Positions 1-10,363 are shown, counted from the first letter of the stretch. The stretch is DNA of 64,000 nt from Candidatus Eiseniibacteriota bacterium (GCA_963725865.1 CAVSAC010000014.1:608001-672000); one strand, 5' to 3'. The notes: a model not told the origin generated them from the sequence alone. Numbers and translations: made by a program.

Positions 1-396
1 CGCATCTACGACGAGACGCTGGGCGCGTATCACGCCGCGATGGCCGCCTACAAGGTCGGCGAGCGCTGCCGCTTCTACCAGGACCTCGTGTGCGAGCGCT
101 TCGAGAAGGCCGGACACGCGACGCGGCGCACCAACGACGCGGTGAGCGAGGGCTACGTGCACAACCTCGGCCACGGCATCGGCCTCTCGGTGCACGAGGC
201 GCCGCTGCTCGGCGGCGCGGTGTCGAACCCGCAGATTCTCGAGGCCGCGAGCGCGATCACGGTGGAGCCGGGGCTCTACTACCCCTCGCGCGGCATGGGG
301 GTGCGGGTCGAGGACCTGATCATCGCGCGCGCGGACGGGAAGCACGAGAACCTCACGCCGTTCCCCTACGACCTCGAGATCGAGCCGCGCGGGTGA
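1..396 (+). CDS. Xaa-Pro aminopeptidase (M24 family), 5'-truncated by window edge
   Basis: Frame is open from position 1; M24 motifs HNLGHGIGLSVHE, TVEPGLY, GVRVED. Confidence 0.9.
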   Translation, partial: RIYDETLGAYHAAMAAYKVGERCRFYQDLVCERFEKAGHATRRTNDAVSEGYVHNLGHGIGLSVHEAPLLGGAVSNPQILEAASAITVEPGLYYPSRGMGVRVEDLIIARADGKHENLTPFPYDLEIEPRG

Positions 397-1517
397 AGCG
401 ACCGCACGAGGTGGTGAATCCCCCGCGCGCCGAGCGCGCCGTGCTGGTGGGCCACGCGTACCGCGAGGGCGCGGGGCTGCCACGCTCGATGGAGGAGCTG
501 GCGCGACTGGCCGACACCGCGGGCGCCAAGGTGAAGGGCACGCTCACGCAGAGTCGCGGGCGCTTCCACGCCGCCACGTTCATCGGCAAGGGCAAGCTCG
601 AGGAGCTGAAGGCCCTGGTCGCCGACACCGAGGCCGACGTCGCGATCTTCAACGACGACCTCGCGCCGCCGCAGATGCGCAACCTCGAGAAGGCGCTCGG
701 TGTGAAGGTGATCGACCGCTCCGAGATCATCCTCGACATCTTCGCCCGCCGCGCGCGCACGCGGGAGGCGCGGCTGCAGGTGGAGCTGGCGCAGCTCGAG
801 TACACGCTGCCGCGGCTGACCGGCATGTGGAAGCACCTCGAGCGGCAGGCCGGCGGGATCGGCACTCGCGGCCCCGGCGAGACCCAGCTCGAGACCGACC
901 GCCGGCTGGTGCGCGAGCGCATCGCGCGGCTCAAGCGGGCGCTCGAGGCGGTCGAGCGCGAGCGCGAGACTCAGCGGCGCTCGCGGCGCCGCGAGTTCCG
1001 CGCCGCGCTGGTGGGCTACACCAACGCCGGCAAGAGCACCCTGTTCAACGCGCTCACACGCGCGCAGGTGTTCGTGGAGGACCGGCTGTTCGCCACCCTC
1101 GACGCGACCACGCGCCAGATGGTGAGCCCGGACCGCCGCCGCGCGCTGCTCACCGACACCGTGGGCTTCATCCGCAAGCTGCCGCACCACCTGGTCGCGT
1201 CCTTCCACAGCACGCTGGTCGAGGCGATCGAGGCCGACCTGCTGCTGCACGTCGTGGACTGCGCCGACCCCGACATGGACCGCCAGATGCAGGCGGTCGA
1301 GAAGGTGCTCGAGGGCATCCTCACCGAGCCGCGGCCGACCACGCTGGTCTTCAACAAGATCGACCTGCTGCGCGACCCCGATCTGGAAGCCGGCCTGCGC
1401 GCGGCGTACCCGGAGTCGTTCCTGGTCTCGGCCCGCACCGGCGCCGGCCTCGCGGAGCTGCGCGAGGCGCTGTGGGCGCAGGCCGCCGAGCGCGAAGGCG
1501 CACGCGCGCAGCACTGA
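393..1517 (+). CDS. hflX: Ribosome-splitting GTPase HflX
   Basis: GTGA overlap with upstream gene; motifs EARLQVELAQLEY, GIGTRGPGETQLE, G1 GYTNAGKS, DRLFATLD, DTVGF, NKID. Confidence 0.96.
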   Translation: MKRPHEVVNPPRAERAVLVGHAYREGAGLPRSMEELARLADTAGAKVKGTLTQSRGRFHAATFIGKGKLEELKALVADTEADVAIFNDDLAPPQMRNLEKALGVKVIDRSEIILDIFARRARTREARLQVELAQLEYTLPRLTGMWKHLERQAGGIGTRGPGETQLETDRRLVRERIARLKRALEAVERERETQRRSRRREFRAALVGYTNAGKSTLFNALTRAQVFVEDRLFATLDATTRQMVSPDRRRALLTDTVGFIRKLPHHLVASFHSTLVEAIEADLLLHVVDCADPDMDRQMQAVEKVLEGILTEPRPTTLVFNKIDLLRDPDLEAGLRAAYPESFLVSARTGAGLAELREALWAQAAEREGARAQH

Positions 1518-1850
1518 TTCGCGCGGGGCGCGACGCTGCGGCGCCACGCTCGAGGCGATGACTCGTGGCGCATCGGCGTTGGATGCTTGCGATGCAACAG
1601 CGCGATGTGACGATCGAAGAAGATCCCCTTGACACGGTTTTGGGCGTCCCTTGGCGCGCCCCCGCGGTGGCGCGCGAAAGCCGCGCTGGCGTGCGCAGGC
1701 TGCGCGCTCGCGATCGTGGCGCGCGCCTCGCTCGTTCGATTCCATGACGACGCTTGTTTCGGGCTCTCCGCGCACGCACGAGCGCCTGAGACCCGCGTGC
1801 TATACACATGACCTGCCCCCGCGACTGAGTCCCCGTTGCGGAGAAGTGTC

Positions 1851-3215
1851 ATGCACCCCTACTCGCTGTCGCATCTCTCCGATCAGGTCCTGCTCCGGGA
1901 CCTGGCCGGCCTGGTCGCTCAGGACCGTGTCACCACCGCCGCGCTTCTCGCGCACCTGGCCGAGGTCGATGCCCGTAGGCTCTATGCGCCCGCCGGCTAT
2001 CCCTCGATCCATGCCTGGTGCGTCGGGAAGCTGAGACTGTCCGAAGACTCGGCTGCCAAGCGCATCCAGGCGGCGCGCGCCGCGCGACGATTCCCGGCCA
2101 TCTTCCCGATGGTGGCCGAGGGCCGGCTGCACTTGAGCGCGGTCGGACTGCTGGCGCCGCATTTCACTCAGGAGACGGCCGGCGAGTTACTCGCGGCCGC
2201 GGTGCACAAGACCAAGGCTCAGATCGAGCGTCTGCTGGCCGAGCGCTTCCCTCGGCCGGACTCGCCGAGCCTGGTGACGCCGCTGGCAGTTTGTGAAAAT
2301 GGAGAACAACATGCCCCGGGGCATGTGATTCTCACCGTTCCCGGACAATTGGCCTCGTGCTCCGGAGCGAGCGCCCGCGATCTGGCGCTGGCGGCCGATG
2401 CCGGCTCCGTTGCCCAACCGACCCCAGGACAGGTCGTGAGTGGTAGCCAGCGCCAGAGGCTCGCGCCGCTGTCACCCGGCCGCTTCGCGCTCCAGGTCAC
2501 CGTTGCGCAGGAGACGCACGACAAGCTGCGCTATGCGCAGAGCTTGCTCGGTCACGCGGTGCCGTCCGGTGACTTCGCGCAGGTGCTGGACCGCGCGTTG
2601 GACAGCCTGATCACGAAGCTCGAGCAGCGAAAGTTTGCGGCCTGCGCGCGGACCCGGTCGAGCGGCAAGCACCGCGCGCACGACACGCGCTACGTGCCGG
2701 CGCACATCCGGCGCGACATCTGGCAGCGCGACGGCGGACGGTGCACGTTCGTGAGCCAGACCGGGCATCGCTGCGAGGCGAGCGCGCGGCTCGAATTCGA
2801 CCATATCGAGCCCTACGCCCGCGGCGGCCAGGCCACGGCGACTGGGCTACGGCTGCGCTGTCATGCGCACAACCAACTGGAAGCCGAGCGCGCGTACGGG
2901 CCCGAGTTCATGCGCCACAAGCGCGATGCCTCGCGGAAGAGGGCTGAAGCCGCGCGAGCGACAAAGACCAAGAGCGACGTGGCGCCGACGACAGACGCTG
3001 CGCATGTGCTGCGAGAGCGCGAAAGCGCCACGGCGCGTCACGCTCGGCAGCAGGAAGTCATTCCGTGGCTGCGCGCGCTCGGCGTTCGCGCCGACGAGGC
3101 CAAGCGGGCCGTGGCATTCGACGATGTCGGAAGCGACGCACCCCTCGAGACACGAGTCCGCGCCGCCCTCACCCAACTCGCGCCCGCCGGCGCGTGCCGG
3201 GCCTCCTCATGCTAG
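1851..3215 (+). CDS. DUF222-like N-terminal domain / HNH endonuclease protein
   Basis: GGAGAAG RBS before ATG 1851; N-terminal LLAHLAEVDARRLY..GYPS motif; HNH core RDGGRCTF..RC..LEFDHIEP..GG..LRLRCHAHN. Confidence 0.8.
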   Translation: MHPYSLSHLSDQVLLRDLAGLVAQDRVTTAALLAHLAEVDARRLYAPAGYPSIHAWCVGKLRLSEDSAAKRIQAARAARRFPAIFPMVAEGRLHLSAVGLLAPHFTQETAGELLAAAVHKTKAQIERLLAERFPRPDSPSLVTPLAVCENGEQHAPGHVILTVPGQLASCSGASARDLALAADAGSVAQPTPGQVVSGSQRQRLAPLSPGRFALQVTVAQETHDKLRYAQSLLGHAVPSGDFAQVLDRALDSLITKLEQRKFAACARTRSSGKHRAHDTRYVPAHIRRDIWQRDGGRCTFVSQTGHRCEASARLEFDHIEPYARGGQATATGLRLRCHAHNQLEAERAYGPEFMRHKRDASRKRAEAARATKTKSDVAPTTDAAHVLRERESATARHARQQEVIPWLRALGVRADEAKRAVAFDDVGSDAPLETRVRAALTQLAPAGACRASSC

Positions 3216-3865
3216 CGCGTCTTCACGACGGCATACCGTCGCGTGGTGTGCGGGAGCGTCAGTCGGACCACCAATGAAGTGTCTGCCACCGAAGCGGGAA
3301 CCCTGAACACAGCGTATGCCGAATGCGCCGTTGTAACACGCTGCACCTTGGCCTTGTATGGGCGGCCATTGGATCTGAAGATAGCAACTGAGTACTTTGG
3401 TGGCGCGAGTGTCCCCTGAAGAGCAATGCGCACATGGCGATGCGATGGGATCAGCCGCGGGTACACGTACGCTGAGACGAGTTCCGGGAGTGCGATTGGT
3501 GCAGCCACACTGGCACCCTGCCACGGAGGAACCGTCAGGAAGCTGCGATTGGCCGCAGTCTCATAACAGTCCGAAACACTGTTGCCATTCGTGTCTGCCG
3601 CTGTCCGTGTTTCCCACACGCCCGCGCGGGCGCGAAGTAACTGAAGTGACGGCTCACCGCTCGGATTGGGTAGCTTCGCCAGACTGTCGAGCGAGTTACA
3701 CTCAGTGTTGTCCGAACCCTGCGTCGAGAGCTGGGAGGGCGCGGCGACCGTCATGCTCGAACCCAGGAGCACGCCAAGCAGCACGAGCACATGAGCCGCG
3801 ATCGAACCGATCACACTACGCGCCGGCCTACAGATCCCGGGCGCTGCGCTTCGACTTGCGTTCAT
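3212..3865 (-). CDS. Hypothetical exported/membrane-anchored protein
   Basis: AGGAGG RBS upstream of ATG 3865; hydrophobic segment VLVLLGVLLGSSMTVAA; visibly lower GC than flanks; no family recognised. Confidence 0.5.
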   Translation of the reverse strand: MNASRSAAPGICRPARSVIGSIAAHVLVLLGVLLGSSMTVAAPSQLSTQGSDNTECNSLDSLAKLPNPSGEPSLQLLRARAGVWETRTAADTNGNSVSDCYETAANRSFLTVPPWQGASVAAPIALPELVSAYVYPRLIPSHRHVRIALQGTLAPPKYSVAIFRSNGRPYKAKVQRVTTAHSAYAVFRVPASVADTSLVVRLTLPHTTRRYAVVKTR

Positions 3866-4071
3866 GCGCACCTCCTCTCGGTGAGCCGCCGTGCGCCGAG
3901 TTCCTTCGGCCTTCCGCTCGCACCGAAGGCTCATCGCCGTGAGTCTACAGCGAACCCGGATGTCGGCATGAACGGGAGTCACTAGAGACCCGTCTCCCCC
4001 GACCCGTGCGTCCACCCACCCGCCCGCCGCTCTCGCCTCCCACCGCCCCGTCGCGCTATTCTGCCCGGGCC

Positions 4072-4521
4072 ATGTCCACCATGCCCTACACGCTCGAGTT
4101 CACGCTCGATCTCGCGGCGCCGCCGGCGCGGGTGTTCGACGCGCTCACCGACGCGCGGCATCTCGCGCATTGGTTCTGCGATTCGGCCGAGAGCGAGCGC
4201 CGGCTCGGCGGGCGACTGGTGATGGCATGGTCGAAGCCCTGCTCGTCGCCGGAACCGTACGAGGCCGAGTGGGTGGCGTTCGATCCGCCGCGGCGCTGCG
4301 CGCACGAAGGCGGGCACGACGGCTATCCCGACGGCTACTCGGGGCGCATCGATCTGACGCTCGCAGCCGAGGGCGCGGGCACGCGGCTCGCCGTCCGTCA
4401 CGTCTTTCCGCCGCGGCGCGAGTACGACCGCTTCGTCGAGACCTATCACCTGGCCTGGCCCAAGGCGCTCGCGCGCCTCGCGGCCTACCTCACACCCCGG
4501 GACGCGGCAACCCACTCATGA
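4072..4521 (+). CDS. SRPBCC/AHSA1 domain protein
   Basis: APPARVFDALTD..LAHWF, GTRLAVRH, W..AL.RL..YL pattern; ATGA overlap with mqnD. Confidence 0.85.
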   Translation: MSTMPYTLEFTLDLAAPPARVFDALTDARHLAHWFCDSAESERRLGGRLVMAWSKPCSSPEPYEAEWVAFDPPRRCAHEGGHDGYPDGYSGRIDLTLAAEGAGTRLAVRHVFPPRREYDRFVETYHLAWPKALARLAAYLTPRDAATHS

Positions 4522-5366
4522 CCGACGCCACCACGATTCGCACGCTGCGCTTCGGGCACAGCCCCGACGCCGACGACGCCTATATGTTCTACGGCTTCCA
4601 CACCGGGCTCGCGACCATCGCGGGCTGCCGCGTGGAGCACGTACTCGAGGACATCCAGAGCCTCAATCGCCGTGCGCTGGAGCACGCCGACCTCGAGATC
4701 ACCGCGGTCTCTGCGCACGCGTACGCGGCGCTGAGCGATCGCTACGCGGTGCTGGCGTGCGGCGCGTCGATGGGCTTCGGCTACGGCCCGGTGGTGGTGG
4801 CGCGCGCGGCGCGCACGCTCGACTCGCTGCGCGGCAAGCGCGTGGCGATCCCGGGGGCGATGACCACCGCGGCGCTGCTGCTGCGGATCGAGTGCCCCGA
4901 GGCGATCCCGGTCGAGGTGATGTTCGACCAGATCCCCGAGGCGGTGGTCTCCGGCGACTACGAGGCCGGCGTGATCATCCACGAGAGCCAGCTCACCTAT
5001 CGCGAGGAGGGGCTCACGAAGGTGGTGGACTTCGGCGAGCTGTGGCAGGAGCGCGACCGGCTCCCGGTACCGCTCGGCCTGGACGTGGTGCGCCGCGACC
5101 TGGGGCCCGGGCTGATGCAGGCGGTCTCGCTGGGGTTCCGGGCGTCGATCCAGGCGGCGCTCGACCACGAGGACGAGGCGCTCGCCTACGCGCTGCGGTT
5201 CGGGCGCGGGCTGGACAAGGCCCGGGGCGGGAAGTTCGTGCACATGTACGTGAACGACCTCACGCTCGAGATGGGCGATATCGGCCGCCGCGCGCTGGAG
5301 CGGCTGTACGCGCTCGCGGTGCAGGCCGGCGCGATCGCGAAGGGGCCGGCGCTCGAGGTGATCTGA
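4518..5366 (+). CDS. mqnD: 1,4-dihydroxy-6-naphthoate synthase (futalosine pathway)
   Basis: GHSPDADDAYMFYG, DIQSLN, SMGFGYGP, IPGAMTTA, GVIIHE, MYVN. Confidence 0.88.
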   Translation: MTDATTIRTLRFGHSPDADDAYMFYGFHTGLATIAGCRVEHVLEDIQSLNRRALEHADLEITAVSAHAYAALSDRYAVLACGASMGFGYGPVVVARAARTLDSLRGKRVAIPGAMTTAALLLRIECPEAIPVEVMFDQIPEAVVSGDYEAGVIIHESQLTYREEGLTKVVDFGELWQERDRLPVPLGLDVVRRDLGPGLMQAVSLGFRASIQAALDHEDEALAYALRFGRGLDKARGGKFVHMYVNDLTLEMGDIGRRALERLYALAVQAGAIAKGPALEVI

Positions 5367-5578
5367 GGGGTCTCCTGCGGGAGACGGTCTCGTCGAGGCG
5401 GCCGGGCGGGTCTCCGCCCGGCCGCGCGCGTTCAGGCCTTGCGCGCGGCGGAGGACGTCCTATCGTCAATGCAGCATCGGAGCCCGCCCCTTGCACTCCC
5501 CCGGCGGCCGCGCTCCGGGCGTCCGCCGCGGCCCCCCGCGCCCGCGTGCCTCGGCATCCAATCGACGTGAGGTAGACC

Positions 5579-5992
5579 ATGATTGGCACATTGTTGGGGA
5601 TCGAGAATCAGACGCTGGTCCAGATCACCGTCCGCGATCGAACGCTGGCGATCTACCCTCAGCGCGCCCGTGACACCGTGGTATTCCACGTCGGTGACCC
5701 GATCAAGTCCAATCCCGCACGCCCGCACGGGGTGCGCTGGGTGGTGACCGGCCTGGGGGAGCATCAGCGAGTCGAGATCAGCGGGAAACCCAGCCAGACG
5801 AGCCGGCTCCCGGAGACTGGATCTCCGATCGTCTTCCAGGGACCCGGGACGGTGACCGAATCCAGCGGTGAGCCGCCGCTGGGGCCCGGTCACGGGCACG
5901 AGTGGTGCTGGGAATACGACGTGCGGCTGTTCGAGGACGGGATCGAAGTGGACCACATCGACCCGACCATCGTCATCAAGGAGGACCCTTAG
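5579..5992 (+). CDS. Hypothetical small beta-rich protein ending in IDPTIVI
   Basis: GAGGT RBS; plausible composition; C-terminal Y-x-V...DP-x-I-x-I pattern reminiscent of DP-EP/AidA-like proteins. Confidence 0.6.
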   Translation: MIGTLLGIENQTLVQITVRDRTLAIYPQRARDTVVFHVGDPIKSNPARPHGVRWVVTGLGEHQRVEISGKPSQTSRLPETGSPIVFQGPGTVTESSGEPPLGPGHGHEWCWEYDVRLFEDGIEVDHIDPTIVIKEDP

Positions 5993-8627
5993 TCGACGTG
6001 CGCGACGCGGCGTCCCCGCCCACCAGGCGGAGGAACGCCGCGTCGTCGCGCAGGGCGCGGAACTCCACGTCGTCGCGCGGACGGCCGGCGGCGATACCGT
6101 GCGCGAGCGCGAGCCGCAGCGCACCGAGCGCCGGCGTCGGACGCCCGCACAGCGCGTGCACCTTCGCCACCGCGTACTGGTACTCCGGTGCCGCCGCCAG
6201 CTTGGACGGGTCGAGTGACGCGAGCGAGCGGCCGGCCGCCACGCAGTCGCCGGCGCGCGCCAGGTCGAGCATGCGCTCCACCTCGAGGTCCGGCTGGCCG
6301 GGGTTCACGCGCAGCGCCTCCTCGGTGAGCCGGACCGCCTCGGCATACGCGGCCTGCGCCTCGGCCGGCAGGTCCAGTCGCACGTACAGGTCGCCGAGGT
6401 TTTCGCGCCACAGCGCCGCCCGCGGCTCGAGTCGGATCGCGAGCGCGAGGTAGTCGCGCGCCTCCGCCAGCCGGCCGGTGGACAGGTAGGCGGAGGCGAT
6501 GTTGGAGGCGAGCGTGGCGTCTTTCACCGGGGTCGGCAGCCGCCGGTACTCGCGGATCGCGTCGTCGTAGCGGCCCTCGAGCTGATCGAGCGCCGCCAGC
6601 TGCTCGTAGCCGCGGTTCTTGTCGGGCACCAGCGTCACGATGCGCTCGAACGCCGCGCGCGCGCCGGCACGGTCCCCGCGACGCAGCAGCAGCGCGCCGA
6701 GCGCGTTCCAGTTGCGCCAGTAGTCGGGCCGCAGCGCCACCGCGCGCCGGATCGAGCGCTCGGCCTCCGCCAGTTGGCCGGCGTCGCGGTAGGTGGCGCC
6801 CAACTGCAGGTGCACCTCGTCGCGATTGGGATTCCCGCGCAGCACCCGCTGCAGCTCCTCGATCGCCATCCGCGAGCGTCCGGTCGCCCGGTAGATCGCC
6901 GCGCGCGCCACCCGCGCCTCCGGCAGCCCGGGCGACAGGCGCACCGCCTCGTCGGCCGCCAGCTCCGCGCTGTGCAGCGCCTCCGGCTCGCGATCGCGGA
7001 GGTAGAGGCGGAACAGCGCGCCACTGCGTCCCGCCCACGCGAGCGCGAACTCGGGGTCGACCGCGATCGCGCGCCCGAACAGCTCCGAGGCGCGGTCGGG
7101 CCCCAACGGGTCGTCGGCGTCGTCCAGCAGGCGCGCGCCGTCGAGGTACGCGTCGTACGCCCCGCGCGCGTGGGTCGGCGCGGGCTCGTCCAGGGCCGCG
7201 CCGATCGGCGTCCGGCCCTCGAGACGCCGCGCCACCTGGGCGACGATGTCGCGCTTGATCCGCAGCGCATCCGTCATCGACCAGTCGTAGGCGTTCGACC
7301 AGCGCACGAAGCCCGAGCGCGCGTTGATCAGCTCGATCTCCAGGTGGAGCTCGCCGCCCTCGTGCCGGAACGCACCCGAGACCACCGCGCCCACGCCGAG
7401 CTCGCGCGCCAGCGCGCGCGGCGCGGTATCGCCGTGATCGAGACCCCCGGTGACCGAGTGGCTCACCACGTTCAGCTCGGTGTGCCGCGCGAGGTCGCCG
7501 AGGATGTCGGCCGCCAGGCCCGCGCCGACGTGGTCGAGCGTCGAGTCGCCGGCGGCGTCGTGGAACGGCAGCACCACGACGTTCCGCGCGGCGGGCTCCA
7601 GCAGTCCGGGGCCGAAGCCGCGGGCGAACAGCACCATCAGGGCCACGGCCGCCAGGGCGGCGGCCGCGCCGAGCCACCATCGCAGCCCGTGCGAATAGTG
7701 CTCGGGCGGCAGGATCGGACTCTGGAGCCGCGCGCGCAGCCGCGCGAGGTCGGTGCCCGCCTCGTGGGCCGACTGGTAGCGCTCCTCGACGGGCTTCGCG
7801 AGCAGCTTCCGGACGATGCGCTCGAACTCCTCGTGCCCCGCCGCCGGTTCGCGCGGGAGCGGCGGCGGCTCGTCCCGCACGATCGCGGCCAGCGTGCCGC
7901 CGACGCCGGAGCCCGTGAACGGTAGGCGCCCGCTCGCGAGCTGATAGAGCACCACCCCGAGCGAGAACAGATCGCTGCGCGCATCCAGCGGCATGTGCTG
8001 CGCCTGCTCGGGCGACATGTAGGGCACGGTGCCGAGCAGGTGCTGCGCCGTGGTGGTGACGGGAACGGTGTCGGCATCGGGGGAGTCCACGATCGCCGGG
8101 CGCACGCGCGCGAGGCCGAAGTCGATGATCTTGGCGGTGCCGTCGGGGGTGAGCCGCACGTTCGCGGGCTTGAGGTCGCGATGCAGCACGCCCGCGCGGT
8201 GCGCGGCGTCGAGACCCGCGGCGATCTGCAGGCCCAGGTCGACGACCTGGACCACGGGAAGTGGTGCGCGCTGGACCAGCGCGCGCAGGTCCTCGCCGGG
8301 CACGTACTCCATCGCGAGGAACGGGACCCGCTCCGGATGCGGGCCCGCGCTCTCGGGGCTCATCAGGTCCGACGGCTCGAGCGCCGCCTCGCCCACCTCG
8401 TAGCAGGTCGCGATGTTGGAGTGACTGAGCGACGCCTCGGCCCGGGCCTCGCGCAGGAGCCGCGTGCGCGACTCCGGATCGCTCGCCAGCGCCTCCGAGA
8501 GCACCTTCAGCGCGACGACGCGGCCCAGGCGCTCGGGGCGGGTGTCGATCGCTCGGAACACCACACCCATCCCGCCTGCGCCGACGCGCTCGAGGATTTC
8601 GTAGCTGCCGAGCCGACCGAGGGCCAT
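5976..8627 (-). CDS. Ser/Thr protein kinase with TM helix, TolB-N-like domain and TPR repeats
   Basis: GAGGMGVV, VALKVL, HRDLKPAN, DFGLA, GTVPYMSPEQ, SDLFSLG; TM segment; VVLPF TolB-like domain; multiple TPRs. Confidence 0.93.
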   Translation of the reverse strand: MALGRLGSYEILERVGAGGMGVVFRAIDTRPERLGRVVALKVLSEALASDPESRTRLLREARAEASLSHSNIATCYEVGEAALEPSDLMSPESAGPHPERVPFLAMEYVPGEDLRALVQRAPLPVVQVVDLGLQIAAGLDAAHRAGVLHRDLKPANVRLTPDGTAKIIDFGLARVRPAIVDSPDADTVPVTTTAQHLLGTVPYMSPEQAQHMPLDARSDLFSLGVVLYQLASGRLPFTGSGVGGTLAAIVRDEPPPLPREPAAGHEEFERIVRKLLAKPVEERYQSAHEAGTDLARLRARLQSPILPPEHYSHGLRWWLGAAAALAAVALMVLFARGFGPGLLEPAARNVVVLPFHDAAGDSTLDHVGAGLAADILGDLARHTELNVVSHSVTGGLDHGDTAPRALARELGVGAVVSGAFRHEGGELHLEIELINARSGFVRWSNAYDWSMTDALRIKRDIVAQVARRLEGRTPIGAALDEPAPTHARGAYDAYLDGARLLDDADDPLGPDRASELFGRAIAVDPEFALAWAGRSGALFRLYLRDREPEALHSAELAADEAVRLSPGLPEARVARAAIYRATGRSRMAIEELQRVLRGNPNRDEVHLQLGATYRDAGQLAEAERSIRRAVALRPDYWRNWNALGALLLRRGDRAGARAAFERIVTLVPDKNRGYEQLAALDQLEGRYDDAIREYRRLPTPVKDATLASNIASAYLSTGRLAEARDYLALAIRLEPRAALWRENLGDLYVRLDLPAEAQAAYAEAVRLTEEALRVNPGQPDLEVERMLDLARAGDCVAAGRSLASLDPSKLAAAPEYQYAVAKVHALCGRPTPALGALRLALAHGIAAGRPRDDVEFRALRDDAAFLRLVGGDAASRTSTKGPP

Positions 8628-8768
8628 CGAAGCCCACCCTTCGGAGACCAGCCGCCGCGGGGGGAGCGCGGCATGCGCACTAGAAGATAGCCCCGCCCGG
8701 CGTCGCCGCAAATCGGGGGATCGTGCGGCGCCAGTCACGCGGACCGGACGGGCCGCGCGAGGTGCGGC

Positions 8769-9410
8769 TCAGACGCTGCGCGGGCCGCGCTCGCCGAGCC
8801 AGTCACGCGCGATCGCGATCTCGTCGCGCGTGAGGTCGTGCCCCGCGGCCTGCCAGTGCACGGTCGCGTCCGCGCCCGCTTCGCGCAACAGCACGGCGAG
8901 CCGGCGGGGAAGCGCGGGCGGCACCACCGGGTCGGAGCGACCGGCGGCGATCAGCACGCGGACGCCGGCGAGGTCCGGTCGCTCGGCGGGCTCGATCGGC
9001 ACCATCGGCCGGAACAGCACCGCGGCCTGGAGCGTGTCGGGGGCGAGCAGCAGCAGGCTCGCTGCGATGTTCGCGCCGTTCGAGAAGCCGACCGCGACGC
9101 GCTCGGTGCCGGCGAGTCCGTGGCGTTCCACCGCCGCGCGCACGAACTCCGCGAGGTCCGCGGTGCGCGCGCGCAGGTCGTCGAGATCGAATCGGCCGTC
9201 GGGGTGGCGGCGGAAGAACCGCGGCATGCCGTGCTCGAGCACCGGCCCGCGCGGCGACAGGAGTGCGGCCCCCGGGTCGAGCATGCGGCCGATCCCGATC
9301 AGATCGTGCTCGTCGCCACCGGTGCCGTGCAGCAGCAGCAGGGTGCGCGCCGGGGCACCGTCCAGCGCCGGCTCGAAGCGGTGCACGAAGCCCGCGAGGG
9401 TGTCCGTCAC
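8769..9410 (-). CDS. Alpha/beta hydrolase (MhqD-like carboxylesterase)
   Basis: LLLHGTGGDE, MPRFFRR, nucleophile GFSNG, D and GH catalytic residues; GTGA overlap with dioxygenase gene. Confidence 0.9.
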   Translation of the reverse strand: MTDTLAGFVHRFEPALDGAPARTLLLLHGTGGDEHDLIGIGRMLDPGAALLSPRGPVLEHGMPRFFRRHPDGRFDLDDLRARTADLAEFVRAAVERHGLAGTERVAVGFSNGANIAASLLLLAPDTLQAAVLFRPMVPIEPAERPDLAGVRVLIAAGRSDPVVPPALPRRLAVLLREAGADATVHWQAAGHDLTRDEIAIARDWLGERGPRSV

Positions 9411-10363
9411 GCCGGCTCCGCCACGATCGCGGGCGCGCCCAGCGGCGCCAGCCGCTCCGCGATGCGCGTCCGCATCGGCTCGAGCCACGGCGGCAGGCGC
9501 AACGCCCCGCCCAGCGTGGCGGCGGGCTCGTCCACGGTGAACCCCGGCGGATCGGTGGCGAGCTCGTGCAGCACGCCGCTCGGATCGCGGAAGTAGACCG
9601 AGTGGAAGTAGCAGCGGTCCCGCACCTCGGTCACCCGCATCCCGGCCCGCTCCAGCACTTCACTCCACGCCAGCTGGTCGGCGTCGTCCGCCACCCGCCA
9701 TGCGATGTGGTGCACCGAGCCGGTCCCGAGTGCCGCGCGCGCGACACCCGGCCGCGCCACCAGATCGATGGTCGCCGCCGCCGTGCCGCCGGTCACCAGC
9801 CGCTCGCGCGCACCCTCGCGTCCGGCGGAGCGCAGCCCCATCACCTCGACCAGCAGCGCGCGCGTGGGAGTCGGATCAACAAGCGTCAGCGTCACGCCGT
9901 GCAGGCCGCGCACCGCGACCGGGGCCGGCACCCGCGCGCCGGTCCAGTCCGCCGCGGGCCGCTCGCCCGGCTCCGCCACCAGCGCGAGGTCGAGGCCGTC
10001 CGGGGTCTCGCCGGTCAGCACCGGCGTCCCGAAGCGCTCGCCGCGCGCCAGGGCCGCGACGCCGTGGGCGGCCAGCCGCCGCCCCCACCAGTCGAGGGAA
10101 TCCGCGGGCACGGCGAGCGCGGTCTCACCCGCCTCGCCGGTTCCGCGCCGCCCGCGCGGTGCACCCGCCCACGGAAAGAACGTCAGCAGCGTGCCGGGCG
10201 CCCCCGCGCCGTCGCCGAAGTAGAGGTGCCAGGTCTCGGGATCGTCGAAGTTGACCGTGCGCTTCACCAGTCGCTGGCCGAGCACGCCGGCGTGGAGATC
10301 GAGACACGCCTGCGCGGGTCCCGCGATCGCGGTCACGTGGTGGAGGCCGGCGATGGGCCGCAT
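9407..10363 (-). CDS. Ring-cleaving dioxygenase, VOC/glyoxalase family (MhqO/A/E-like)
   Basis: GLHHVTAI, LVKRTVNFDDP..HLYFGD, LTFFPW, VHHIAW, DRCYFHSVYFRDP.GVL.ELAT. Confidence 0.92.
   Translation of the reverse strand: MRPIAGLHHVTAIAGPAQACLDLHAGVLGQRLVKRTVNFDDPETWHLYFGDGAGAPGTLLTFFPWAGAPRGRRGTGEAGETALAVPADSLDWWGRRLAAHGVAALARGERFGTPVLTGETPDGLDLALVAEPGERPAADWTGARVPAPVAVRGLHGVTLTLVDPTPTRALLVEVMGLRSAGREGARERLVTGGTAAATIDLVARPGVARAALGTGSVHHIAWRVADDADQLAWSEVLERAGMRVTEVRDRCYFHSVYFRDPSGVLHELATDPPGFTVDEPAATLGGALRLPPWLEPMRTRIAERLAPLGAPAIVAEPA

Noticed and set aside
3212..3865. TonB C-terminal domain in the orphan protein
   Set aside because: Only a superficial YP..G pattern; the rest of the TonB-C consensus is not recognisable
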